Shown here one piece after another: positions 1 through 12,704 of a stretch of DNA of 64,000 bases. Position 1 is the stretch's first letter. Each line of letters starts with the position of its first letter. This stretch comes from Hormiphora californensis (Eukaryota; Animalia; Ctenophora), in contig CM035361.1 of the NCBI GenBank assembly GCA_020137815.1, positions 124,001 to 188,000 of the forward strand, given 5' to 3'. The notes below the pieces were generated by a model. It ran no database searches, was not told the origin of the DNA, and saw only the letters and a program-made list of their open reading frames with translations. A program made the position numbers and the translations under genes.

Positions 1-209
1 ATTCCAAATGAAACTGCGAAATTTTGAATCTGCCGGACACCCGGCCCAGCTCATATCAGGTCCACTGCGCGCACCTGTAACGCACGGCAGAGCATAAAGA
101 GGGTTCTTCCGCGCGCCACAGTGTATTTTTACGTGACCAGGGTGTCCGGTTCACCCAGAAAATTGTGTGTGCGCGCGGATGATTTTTTTCTCATGATCAG
201 GAAATTTTC

Positions 210-1044
210 GGCCAGCGTTAAAATCTGGGTGTTTTGGGAGTGCTGACAAACTGTTTTTTAGGGTTAGGGCTAAAGTAGGGTTAGGGTTAGGGTTGGGGTT
301 TGGGTTGGGGTTAGGCCTTGACATTCCCTACTTTGAATCAGCCAAAACGGTTGAGTGGTTTGCAGGGACGGCGCTCGTGGGTGTCCGGGTGTCCGCGGAC
401 ACCCAGACCAAAAAGACGGAGAGAGAAAAGAAGAAAAAATGGAAAAAAACAAAAATAATTTGAAAAAAATCGGTGAAAACTGCGAAATTTTGGATTTGCG
501 CGCAGCCGGGTGTCCGGAGCTCTGCCGGACACCCAGGTTCACTGCGCGCACCTGTAACGCACGGCAGAGCATAAAGAGGGTTCTTCCGCGCGCCACAGTG
601 CATTTTGACATGACCAGGGTGTCCGGTTCACCCAGAAAGTTGTGTGCGCGCGGATGAGTTTTTTTTGTTGTGATCAGAAAACTTTCATCTTTTTTTCCAT
701 TTTTCACAAAAGGAGTTCAGAAATGCTTAAAATCGTTTAAAAACGCCTCAAAATGTCCGAAATTTTCACCGGGGCTTGCAGCCCCTGGACCCTGCCTGCG
801 GGGGCTCTGCCCCCTACACCCCCGCCGGGGCTGCGCCCCTGGACCCTGCTTGTGGGGGGTTTCACCCCCCACACCCCCTGACCGAGGCTACCGCCCCTGG
901 CCCCGGACACCCAGGAACTTGCTGGGCCCAAGGCCCAGCGCCGTCCCTGGTGGTTTGGCGGTTAGAGCCATTTTAGTGAATCAACTTTTTTGGCAGCGCG
1001 CACCTGTAAACAGGCCTCCAAACACCCAGATCGTAACGGCGCCC
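210..1044. mobile_element. Mutator-like MITE carrying TTAGGG-type repeats, interrupted by a hAT-like insertion
   Basis: Imperfect TIRs (ggccagcgttaaaatctgggtgttt / aaacacccagatcgtaacggcgccc). 9-bp TSD gaaattttc at 201-209 and 1045-1053. An uninterrupted copy lies at 62330-62578. Confidence 0.85.
363..949. mobile_element. hAT-like non-autonomous element
   Basis: 13-bp TIRs cagggacggcgct / agcgccgtccctg. 8-bp TSD gtggtttg at 355-362 and 950-957. Internal part ~476-688 is homologous to 1-209. Confidence 0.88.
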
Positions 1045-1479
1045 GAAATTTTCCTGTTGGTGCGTGCTCCATTATTTTACACTATAAAGTGGTATATATA
1101 AATGATTATATTACATTTACAAATTGGTATGGTTGCCGTTAGGTTGCTTAGGAGTTAGGTGTGGAGGTTGGTGTTGTGCGGTTTTGTTTCGGTTCATTGG
1201 GGTTGGTCTGGCAGCATGATTCATCATTCATGTTCTCAACTTATTGAGGGGTGCAAGTATCTTGGTTGTATCGGTTTTCCATGTCTTTTATGCGGTTGTG
1301 GTACTTCAGGACTCCTTTTCCGAGTGCCTGCAGTGCCAGGGATGATATAATGATCCTGGGTAAGGTGATGACGGAGATGTTTGGCCGAAGCAAGTAGCAA
1401 CACGTGCATTGCATTACATAATCAGGATCAGTATATAATGGGCTCTCTCCGCGTGGGTTGGAAGTTTGACTTCACTTCT

Positions 1480-1907
1480 AGCATGCTGAGATCACTTTCT
1501 TTCTTGCTTTTCTTACGCGCACACACACACACAGGTTTACTGAAATCACATAAAAACCCTCTCTACCACCCGGTTCTTCAGGACAAACGTGTAAGCCAAA
1601 TTATTTACCGAGAGTCTCCGAGACCGAGTCTGATGCATACTGGTGACCTCTTGCACGTGCTAGATCTTTCTCCCCTCGGCACAAACAGAAAAGGAAAGGT
1701 CGGACCGTATACAAGAATACAAGATATGGAGTAAGAATATTAGGATTCACTTTAGCGAGTATGTTATGCATATGGACCCAACCAAATGGCATTTGATTTG
1801 AAAAATCCGCCCATGATCAACCAGAATATGGCTGTCATGAGACTTATCAAAGAGGTTAAAGTGGATGTGAGGCCGCTTGCTTCAGTATAGTTGATTGATT
1901 CAACGAT
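1480..1907 (+). pseudogene. Inverted partial duplicate of the CYP last intron and last exon, heme-binding segment deleted
   Basis: 1655-1907 matches the reverse complement of ~3787-4200, but jumps from MHMDPT directly to AFDLKNPP. Confidence 0.85.
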
Positions 1908-2492
1908 GACAGGCTGTCAGAGCATTGGCCTGACCCATTCTCTTTTCTCTCAAATTTTTTTTTCTGCACGCGGAGCGTGCGAGAACTGTGGTCAGAGCAT
2001 TGGCCTGACAGATGAAAGGAGCCCAGGATATTACTATTAGGGTGTACTGGTTGTTTTGTACAAACAAAAACAGTCTGACTTGGCAATGTACTGGTACAAA
2101 AGATTATAGAGCAAATTAGGAAAAACAGGAGCTTTGTTACCATATATCCAATCATTATCCTCATCCCTCATTAGCGGTTGTGCTAAGTGAATTCTCCTCT
2201 GATTAATTAGGGTATTCTTGGTGGGATTTGAAAGAAAGTAAATAGCCAAATATGTACTATAATTTCTGTGTTGATTTGATACGCTGGTTGAGAGATAAGA
2301 CAGAATTCATTCCAGCCATTTAAAAGGCCTAAAAACCCAAATTTTATTTATTTATTTTGAACACTACATCGTAACAAGCATGCTATTGGAGTCCCAAAAA
2401 ACATAGGTACACGCCCCACGGACCCAAGGTGAGCCCAGGGGGAGCCCCTCAAGTTTGGGCCCAGTTGGGGTCCCCTTGTAAACGCGCTTGTA

Positions 2493-2664
2493 CAGTCGGA
2501 CCCCGATTTAGGGCCCCCCGATTTAGTGGCACCCCGATTTAGGGACAGGATTTTTTTTCCCCGATATAGGAAATTAACCTTATTTGACCCCGATTTAGTG
2601 GACACCCCGATTTAGTGGACAAGAGCCTTTCCCCCGAGGGTGTCCCTAAATCGGGGTCCGACTG
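2493..2664. mobile_element. TA-flanked Tc1/mariner-like MITE
   Basis: TA|cagtcggaccccgatttagg ... cctaaatcggggtccgactg|TA. Related fragments near 8700-8752, 22251 and 59232-59300. Confidence 0.8.
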
Positions 2665-3204
2665 TACTCCTTGAAATGCTAACAATATGATCCTCTCTCA
2701 AATTTGAAGTTTTGGGTAAATTTATCCTTGTGTTACAGGTGAGTACATAATCTTTCTTGTCTCTGTATTCTGGTAATTTTTGTCCTAGTTTTGTCCTAGC
2801 CCTTTAAGTCATACAACGAACTCGATCGAATGTCTCATATTAACATGTACTACAACTGTTTACTGTGAACATGGGACTTGTCATCCAAAATATGTGTATT
2901 TACAGCACTCGACTCATACAGTTCACTGCCATCCTCAATAAATAGTTTTACGTTGTAGTTGATGAAAGTTGATGTGTAGAAAGCACACAATTCTTAATAC
3001 ACAAACGCGTATTCCAGGGCACACGTTGGTTATTTTTCTGAACGAACCCCCACCGATTCGTGGACTATTCTGAATTGCTGATCAGGCTTAGTGGGGAAAA
3101 ATCACGTATCACAACCACTAATGAGACACATGACGATGATGATTCGTCATGAGATTCCAAGCTCATTAAGTGGCCTCTTTACCCCAGTGCTCTCGAATAA
3201 CATG

Positions 3205-3347
3205 TAGTGGAAGCTCTTACGGTATTCCTACGACCGTGGGAAAAGAAAGATAGATAGAAATACTAAGAGAGATAAATTCTCTCTCTTAGTATTTCTATCT
3301 ATCTCTCTTTTCCCACGGCCGTGGGAATACCGTAAGAGCTTCCACTA
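3205..3347. mobile_element. Palindromic MITE with TAG..CTA ends and 3-bp TSD (Academ-like)
   Basis: tagtggaagctcttacggtattcc ... ggaataccgtaagagcttccacta, flanked by atg on both sides. Confidence 0.7.
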
Positions 3348-3805
3348 ATGTGGCTTTTTCGATACACATCACTCATTGCTAGTCTAGGGGACTTTTTTTG
3401 CCCCAGAAGTTATATGACACGATTCTGGGATATAATTTACGTTCTTTAATATAATAATCATATCAATATATAAATATCAACACAAGGGCAAAAGAAAACT
3501 TGTTTTCTTTTGCCTTTGTGTACATATGCTCTCCTTCAAAGAGCACTTTCACACCATCAAACCATATCAACTTTTGATTTTGTTGATAAATATCAACGAT
3601 CATATAATATAGTTCAATATAGTATAGTTCAATACAGGTTAAATATTAATAATATCAAAACAAGAGTCATTGATGTCTTTTCTACTCCCCAAAAAGTATG
3701 TCCGTAATCAAACATGAGGTATTTAACATTCTCTCTCCTTCTTCACGAGTGTTCATAAAAATCATAAAATCATACATTTTTTTCAATCATCGTTGAATCA
3801 ATCCA

Positions 3806-6800
3806 CTACGAAACAAGCGGCCTCACATCCACTTTAACCTTATTGATAAGTCTCATGACAGCCATATTCTGGTTGATCATGGGTGGATTTTTCAAATCAA
3901 ACGCCTGTGTCATTTCGAAATTTTTACACAGAACAGAAAGAGAGAGCTTCATCAGCATCATAGCGAGATGTTTTCCTAGGCATCCCCGGGATCCAGTCCA
4001 GAAGGGGAGGTATGAAAAGGAGGCCGGGTTAAACCCATCGTTCCATCGATCCGGGTTGAACTTTTTCGGCTCAGCCCAGTTGGTTGGGTCCATGTGCATA
4101 ACATACTCGCTAAAGTGAATCCTGATGTTCTTACTCCATATCTTATACGGTCCGACCTTTCCTTTTCTGTTTGTGCTGAGGGGAGAAAGATTTAGCACGT
4201 GTAAGAGGATTCAACAAGAATTATTTGCATTATGTATCCATAATGCTACGTTTCCCTGCCCTCTTCGATTTGCCATTCAACTCGCCATTAAGTTTTTTTT
4301 CTTTTTTTTTAAGCTGTCCGCAAAATGGGGATTTGTGTTTTTCGAACTTTTGAAGAAAAAAAAACGCAATTTCTCCATTTGCATTTTCCCCAAAAACGCG
4401 CGGCCGATATAAAACAAATTTTGCCGCTACAGTTTATAGCCGCGCACGCCTCATAAATTTGCAATAGTTTGTGGCGCGCATGTTACTCCGCAAACTTCAA
4501 ATCGCGCGCGCCGCACGGTTGCCCCTCGCAACGAAAGTGTGACCAAAAAATGTCCCTCTACCGATTAGTTAGTATACCAAAATGTCGTTTTCGAATTCTA
4601 ACCCTGCTATGCCTTTTTACAAAGTAAAAAGGCATCCGGGTGGATGCCTTCGGCATCCACCCGGGCAGGGAAAAAATGCAGATCAGACTCGGTCTCGATA
4701 GCATTTGGCTTACACACTTGACACACGTGTAACGTGTTGGAGAAACGTGTTGATAATATTGGTAAAGTGGGCTTGGTAAATATGTGTGTGTGAAGGAAAG
4801 CAAGGAAAGGCGGACAACAACCATGATCTCAGCATTTTAAAACTGAAGTAATACTTTCAATGTCATCTACGTCGTGAGATAAGGACAAAGTGTGTAGTTA
4901 ATCCATAAGAATAAACAATTTACAATGCATCGTAAATATCACTTACAGGTAATTTCGAGTTCCTCTTAGTAGGGCAGGGCCCATTCGAAGTCCTTCCAGC
5001 AAGCATTTCTCAGTATATTCCAACCTGAAATGATATTTGAAATTATTGGAGTACAATTGATTTAGTAGTAGTACTTAATAGTATATATTATGTATTCACA
5101 AGGCCATTCACAAAAAAAACAGCAAAGTTGACTATTTCTTAAACATTCGGTTTCACGAAAGATTTTAACGAATGTGATTTATGGACCGATTTCTTACTTG
5201 GAAAGATCTCTGAAATCATTAATCTCGGTTGAACGGAGTTCAGTCATAAGCTTGCTCTGCACTTCAGGTTCTTTATCCAAAAACATGAAAAGGCTACACA
5301 ACTGTTTCACCATATTATCCATCACCAAACAAACCTGAAAAAGAGAATAACTTTGATACCCCCTGCATTCTGTTGCAGACACATGTCATGTATGCCGTCT
5401 GTACAGCAGACTAGGGGGACTCTGACAGCTGGATTAATCTCGCTTACCGTCATAAGATCATCAACAACGCTCTCAATAACAGAAACCATATTCCTCAAAA
5501 CTTTCCCATCATCTGACATATTCGCTTCAATCAAGAGGCCAATGAGATCATCTGATTTTTGCTCACCCATTCCCTTAAACTCCTCCGTTTTCCGGGCAAC
5601 AATTGGCATCAGATCTTTTCGCATTTTTTGGATCAGCTTGGTCATGTCAATCTAGCGAGGGGGTGATTACTGGTTAGAGATCACCAGGGCTTGGCCTGGT
5701 TATCTATTACCTAGAGGGCTCGCTTGGTTGTACAAAAACCGATAACTACATCGAACCCTCCCAATTTTCCCAGTTCTGTTACATTTTTAGACCCTCAAAA
5801 CGACACTGAAGTTTAAACAGTGTTATCTGTATTAGTGTAAGCTGAGGCTACGTACCTTATCTTGAGACATAAAGTATCGATATCGGTCGAAGAGAGGTTT
5901 CGGAATCGCCTCCAAAATCTTGAAAACATGGTCAGCAACAACCTCCGGCGAATAAAAGTCTTGGAGGCCAAAGACTTGGAGATAGGCTGCAAATGTAGTA
6001 AAAACAGTAGCAATCGACAAACTTATACTTCGTCATTGTAAACGGACCAAATCCTCCCTGTATATGGCCTTCATTGACTACCAGAAGGCGTACGATTCGA
6101 TCCCACACTCCTGGATTCTGAAATCAATGGAAATGCTGAAAATAAACCCACAGATCATACGACTGTTCGAGGCATCGTTCCAGCAGTGTATAGTTAATTT
6201 AGTCCAATCCAGCTCCACCTTAGGCAAAGTCCACATTAAAAGAGGCCTCTTCCAAGGAGACTCTGTCTCCCCGATACATTTTATTATAGGACTGATCCCC
6301 CTATCCTTGCTCCTAGCTGCCCAAGGAAGAGGCTACACACATTTCTGATCCAGAAGCACCCACCACAGATATTGATATTAACCCACGCCTCTATATGGAC
6401 GATCTTAAACTATACGCTAGCTCGAAAGAGGGCCTACAGCAGCTGTTGGCAGTCACCGAGAAGTTTAGCACAGACATTAACATGTCCTTTGTATATCCAA
6501 ATGTGGAGCACGACATCGTGGACGGAGTCAGAAGTCGAATGCAGGGAATAGATCTACCGAGTGGAAAGACAACCCGGAAGTGGAAGATGGTGGATATAAA
6601 TACCTTGGTATCCTGGAGGCTGACTCGATTCTACATCAAGAAATGAAAGCCAAGGTTAAGACCGAATACACCAGAAGACTTAAGAAACTACTGTCTTCCA
6701 ACCTGTCTGGTAAAAACCTCGTCGTTGCAATCAACACGTGGGCAATACCGGTGATTCGATACGGTGCCGGAATACTGATTGGACCACCACAGAGGCCAAG

Positions 6801-8298
6801 GGACTGGACCTAATTACTCGGAAAATCCTAAGAAGAGGGTTCTTGAAATACAACAGCGACGTTGATCGTCTATATGTGAGCAGAAAGAAGGGAGGAAGAG
6901 GCCTCCAGAGGATTGAAGACGTTATAGTAAGGGAAGGAACAGGACTAGCGACGTTCTTCAGCAACTCAACTGATCCCAAGATAATTGCACTCAAACAAGC
7001 AATGGGAAGAGAAGGAATGCTGACGGAACTCCCAGAGGAGGCCGAAACCCTGACAGAAAGACTGGAGGCGCCCTGATAGAGAACTGGAAGAAATAATCAC
7101 TGCATGGACGTTTCCTGAAGCAACTTGAAGAAGGGGATGCGACCCTGATGCGACCTGGGCCTGGCTCAACAAAGAGAGCCTCAGCAGATACACCGAAGCT
7201 GATGTATTTGCTGCCCAGGAGCAAGCCCTCGCACAAACTGGCTGACAGCTGCTATCGAGAAACAACCTGGAGAGTCCGAGAAGTGTCGCATATGCAACCA
7301 GCATAACGAGTCAGTCGAACACATCCTAAACGGATGTCAGAAGCTGGCCAACGGTGACTATAAGCACAGACACGCCGAGTAGCTGCTGCCCTACACTGGG
7401 GAATGTGCAAGGACTATGGATTTCCTGCTGAATCAAAGTGGTGGAGCCACTATGCAGAGAAAGTTCTCGAGAATGAGAATTACAAGATCCTCTGGGATTT
7501 CCACATCCAGACGGACAACCCCATTGAGGCGTGCAAACCCGACCTGTCCTCCTGACAAGCAAAAGAGGGAGGCACTACTCATCGATGTCGCCGTTCCAAA
7601 GGACCGATTAGTCTCTGACAGAGAGCTGGAAAAATCGAGAAGTACCAAGAACTGAGGAGAGAGTCACACGAATCTGGGAACTTAAAAGGCACGGTCATTC
7701 CCATCGTGATTGGAGCCCTTGGCGGAGTTGCCCCCGACTAGAAGTACTTGATGGCTATAACCCGCCAATTTACCCCTCACAGCTCCAAAAGTCAGCCCTC
7801 TTCACTCGATGAACCACGCTCCGAAGTCCTCGATATGTAATCAGCCTCCTGTATCCCCACTAGATGTATTTTTGTATTGTTTTTTACCGTTTCACCCGTT
7901 CCTGCTTGCTCTTAGACTGCCTTAGATCCCGTTCCAGTCGTTTTGTTCCAGACGTTTTGTTCCCGATAGGTTGACTCTTCTTAGATTCCGTTCCAGCAGG
8001 CTGAGCTTCTTTCCAGATAGTTTAGGAGGTCTTTTGCTCCGCCACCATGAGCTTTACTTCCCCTATTTATTTTTCCTTACCTTAACCAATAGTCATTGTT
8101 CAACCTACCCCTTTGTACATTGTTCTACCTACCTTTACTCCGCAGGCCCTCCGGGCCCTCAGATCCAACAGGATCGGGCTCGGGGATTCAACCCTGTTCC
8201 CACATGGGACCTTACGGTCCCATGTGGGAGTGGTGCGTGTAGTGGACCGAGAGAGAGAGAGAGAGGAGAGAGAGTGAGAAGAGAGAGAGAGAGAGAGA

Positions 8299-8340
<42 letters not shown>

Positions 8341-9762
8341 GAGAAACAATGATAGATAGTAAATTATAATGAATCTTTAGATAGGGGTAGTAAAATAGAT
8401 TAAAGGTGTGGGTCATTTCCTGCTCCAGTATCCTACCACCTTACCCAACTCAATGATAATGGGGGGCATTATGGGGGGAGGGGGTCTGATTGGGGGGCAT
8501 CCTGAAGATGTGATTTAATGAAAGAGGTCCAGCTCAATCACTGCACACCTTGTTGTAGAAAATGGGAAACACCTTCCTAATTTTTGTCACCCCTTACTCA
8601 ACAACTTTCTTATTTACCTGGATGCTCGGGGGAAAGGTTTTGCGAGGTAATCGGGGCGAAACTCTTTTAATTTTCTACATTACTGGAAATTTATCCTCCC
8701 GGTAAATCGAGGGTCTGTTAAATTGGGGCCCGGTAAATAGGGGTCCGACTGTTCATATAATGNNNNNNNNNNNNNNNNNNNNNNNNNNNNNNNNNNNNNN
8801 NNNNNNNNNNNNNNNNNNNNNNNNNNNNNNNNNNNNNNNNNNNNNNNNNNNNNNNNNNNNNNATCTTGAGACATAAAGTATCGATATCGGTCGAAGAGAG
8901 GTTTCGGAATCGCCTCCAAAATCTTGAAAACATGGTCAGCAACAACCTCCGGCGAATAAAAGTCTTGGAGGCCAAAGACTTGGAGATAGGCTGCAAATGT
9001 AACGGCAAGCTCATCATGTAGATCAATTTCGGTGCCAGTTTTTACGGTTTTTCGCCATTTCTCCAGTATGGGGCCCTCCATGTGTATCTTACAGGATGTG
9101 AACAGTTCCTTCATATTGGTTTTAGCGAAAAACTGACTCATTATCTTTCGCTTCACGGCCCATTTGATGCCACCTCCACTGAAAATATTTTTTATTAGGG
9201 ATCGTGTCCCACTCTTTCGTGCATGTCATTTGTAGCACTATACTCTACATAGTATAATATAATGTAGCATTATAACCAAAATTCATTACCTCAAGATGCT
9301 TTTCGTTCCAATGATCTTTTGTCCGTAGAGAAACCGATTCGGTAGGTTAGATACCTTAGTAAAGCTACTGAGTTCAGTTGCTACTGCTTTTAGCATTTCA
9401 GGGTCTGACACAAAAATAAAGGGTCTGTTGCCGACCCAAAATAAGATATTCTTGCCATGTTCATCAGTCCACTTTAAAAATAGATCCAGGAATGCATTCT
9501 TGGCTTTGTACTCATTAAGAGTTGGTTCGTTACCCTGTAATTAATTGAGAGGGATTATTGCAGCGAATAGAAAACTCCTTATATTGAGGTGCAGGTCCAC
9601 ACATTTTTTTTTAATTGCGAGTGTGCTTATTCTTACCCTATAGAAGGAATCGACGGGCGGCTGGGGTAATGCACTCAGTGCTAAACGGGCAAGGTAGATA
9701 TTTGCGGAAGCGTAGATCCTCCACAGCACCAAAAATAGTAGTAATGATATGGTCAGATACAT
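3806..9762 (-). CDS. Cytochrome P450, multi-exon
   Basis: Exons ~9762-9637, ~9534-9290, ~9200-8863 (3' part duplicated at 5997-5856), 5651-5448, 5334-5198, 5024-4947, 4166-3806. N-terminal hydrophobic anchor, K-helix EGLR, FNPDRW and heme motif FWTGSRGCLG. The middle is disturbed by a LINE and an N gap. Confidence 0.92.
6000..8249 (+). mobile_element. 5'-truncated, frameshifted R4/Dong-type non-LTR retrotransposon (RT plus restriction-like endonuclease)
   Basis: AFIDYQKAYDSIPHSWI, RGLFQGDSVSP, YMDDLKLYA, YKYLGI, CCHC-like CRICNQHNESVEHILNGC and LIDVAVP. The 3' UTR ends at tagtggaccg, followed by (GA)n. Confidence 0.92.
8763..8862. other. Assembly gap (100 N)
   Basis: Run of N. Confidence 1.
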
Positions 9763-10442
9763 GCTGCTGGTTATTACAAACAGTTGCAATTGTTATTTTT
9801 CAATAGATATGACAAGAATATGAATTTCTTAACTTCCGATTGAAGGTACAAACAACAGTAGGAGCAATTCACTAGCAAACTAAACTTCAATTTCTGGTGC
9901 ACGAATAACCTGTAATAACAATTCTGACCCGTCATGGCTCGAGCTCATTTGAGATGATATCAGTAGAAAAAATCAGATGACAGTGCGTAGGAAATCAAGT
10001 TCTTACCGGGCTATATATTATATCCGACCACCCACACAAAAAAGGAATGTTGAGTTTAAATTGAGTTTAATTGTAGACTGTAGACTCTGCATGCAGTCTA
10101 TTACATTTAAACTCAATTTAGATTTATACTACAGTGTTGAGTGTTCTATCATCGCCAAGTGATTGGAAAATGTAGCAGATCAGGTCAGATAGATGACTAT
10201 AATGCCGGACGTGTCAACTTTGCTATACTACACCGGGCAAAAAGATCATGCGAAAGTAAAACACGCTGTATGCATGTCATTTAAATGTGTAAACACGGAA
10301 CGCCCAAGGATGCTTTATGTGGGCGCAAACGACTAAATTAGATGGTATGCTTGTAGCGGGAGGAGGTTTAGAGTGTGCAAAAAGTGTGTGGGAGGCTAAC
10401 CTTACTTGCTTACATATGTTTTAATCCGGCAGCAGTGAGGAA

Positions 10443-10681
10443 GTGAGAGAGGGGGAGAGAGAGTGAGAGAGTGAGAGAGTGAGAGAGTGAGAGAGTGAGA
10501 GAGTGAGAGAGTGAGAGAGTGAGAGAGTGAGAGAGATAGAGATAGAGATAGAGATAGAGATAGAGATAGAGTAGAGATAGAGATAGAGAGATGATGAGAT
10601 AGAGATAGAGATAGAGATAGAGATAGAGATAGAGATAGAGATAGAGATAGAGATAGAGATAGAGATAGAGATAGAGATAGA
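10443..10681. repeat. Compound (GAGAGAGT)n / (GAGATA)n microsatellite
   Basis: Seen directly. Confidence 0.95.
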
Positions 10682-11234
10682 TGTCATGTTCTTGTCCTTT
10701 ATCACAGCATCTATTATAATAGCAGCTGCATTTCTGCACATAGGCATTTACTTTCTGACATTACCTAATCCTTATCGCAATGCAATTACCAAAGCAAGGC
10801 AAGCCTATCACATGAGGACAGCTACTAGGGAATCACGCGAGGGCTGATAAACCGAGGACTGATAAACCGAGGGAGATGGGGCAGTATAAAAGAAGTGGAG
10901 AACGAAGACCAAGGGACGCTCTCACCGACAGGACTGCCAAATTGTCAGTCTATCTTTTTACTTACTGAGACCGTTGTATACACTCTTGTGTTCTAACCCT
11001 CACAACCCTTTTTGCTACCGCAGAATTGCACTTGGCACTCTACCCCGACCTAACACCGATTGCACACCCTGATTGATCTCCAGCTGCACACTGATCATCA
11101 GATAACCAGGAAACCCTATTGTTGATCTCTAGCCATACGTAGCATAAGATCATAGAGCATAGCGAATACCTTAATTTAACATAGAGATGGGATGAGAGAG
11201 GGAAAATGGGAGAATAATCTTGAGTCGCTTGACA
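10682..11234 (+). mobile_element. Candidate solo LTR
   Basis: tgtcatg...cttgaca termini, internal tataaaag and a short tandem duplication (ctgataaaccgagg x2). No TSD found. Confidence 0.4.
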
Positions 11235-11349
11235 CTGAAAGTATGAACAATTCAAGAATATTCATGGCTCATGCTGCAAGCAAGCAGGTGCAGAAAATAC
11301 ACAGCGTATAATATATATTCTCGGCTAAAGAGAAGGGGTATCGTATGGG

Positions 11350-11758
11350 ACACGAAAATAGATCCCCACCGCTGCTCAGAAAATATTTTTTGTTTTTTGT
11401 AGCAAAGAGTAAAAACCTTTATTTTTCGGTTTTTATGTTCGTCAAGTGTTGTCTGGATAGATGCTTCATTGTTGATGACGTGGCATCGATAGCACACACG
11501 TGCGTTTATTTGGGGTGAAAGTGTTCGGGATATTATGATTTACCGGGAGAAAGGGTTTTGACAGGTATATCGGGGTCAAAAATCGTTAATTTTCTCTATC
11601 GGGAGAAGTTTATCCTCCCGGGAAATCGAGGTTCACGAAAATAGATCCCCACCGCTGCTCAGAAAATATTTTTGGTTTTTGTAGCAAAGAGTAAAAACCT
11701 TTATTTTTCGGTTTTTATGTTCGTCAAGTGTTGTCTGGATAGATGCTTCATTGTTGAT
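11350..11758. repeat. ~125-bp direct duplication (11350-11477 and 11634-11758) around a MITE fragment
   Basis: cacgaaaatagatccccaccgctgctcagaaaat... occurs twice. Confidence 0.85.
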
Positions 11759-11806
11759 TGACATACAACTGAAATGATGCTGCCTATCATCGAAAATCCC
11801 GAATAA

Positions 11807-12030
11807 CAGTGGTCATCAGACATAATTGCCATATCTCGACGTGAAATTCGACGAGAAATTCGACGTGGAATGCGCCGCGTATTCGTAGTGAGAGAGACGT
11901 AAAGACTAACGAGAGAGAAGAGTTAAAGCGTGACAGCATTTGCTTAGTGCGGCGTGTCTCTCTGATCTGGTAGAATTCCTCATCGAATCCCACGTCGAAT
12001 CCAACGAAGGATTATGTCGGATGACCACTG
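11807..12030. mobile_element. MITE with CAGT termini
   Basis: cagtggtcatcagacataat ... attatgtcggatgaccactg, with further internal inverted similarity. Confidence 0.65.
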
Positions 12031-12704
12031 TAAGGCATTAGGCAGATTGAGCCCCGCCGTGGTTTCCTTGAACATTCAGCCCGCCCTATACTTTGTAGTT
12101 CACGAACCAACAAAAACAGTCCTGAAACTACTGGTAACGTGCATAAAGGTCCGCCTTGTTCATTTTCCGTGGACTTTCAACTTGTCTCGCAAAAGACAGC
12201 ACTCTCTGAACCGGGCCGTGCGTGATGTTTTAGTTGTGCAGTAGGTATGACAATTTTTTCGTGTTTATCCGTTTATAATAAGATTGCTAAAGTCTAAGAT
12301 AATGATTTTCCCGCACTGTTGCGCCATTCTTTAGACCCTCAGCTACCACGTACAAGTGGTGGTTTTCCGCAGCATGCTAGGTTAAAGTTTCACCGGGCAC
12401 GCCCTGCTTTTTGTGATATTCTGGAGAATAGGAGATAATCCTACTGCTATAATTACAGTGGGACCTCGATTTACCATTGCACCTCGATATACCGTGCAGT
12501 ATACCGTCATTGTTGTTTTAGCATAATCTGATTGCACAGCATCTTACTCCTTCCATGTCCACCAGAATTATTATTTTTCCTTGCACCCATTGCATTTTGT
12601 TATTTTACACGCACGTTCATTAATTATTTTGCTTTTTTGTTATTCTATCGATCACACTTTTTTGATGTTTTAGCTTTCTAACCCCTATTCCTCTCCCTAG
12701 CACT

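Noticed and set aside
257-315. Telomere or chromosome-fusion scar (also 57130-57360)
   Set aside because: The first is inside a TSD-bounded MITE. The second is degenerate purine-rich intronic repeat.
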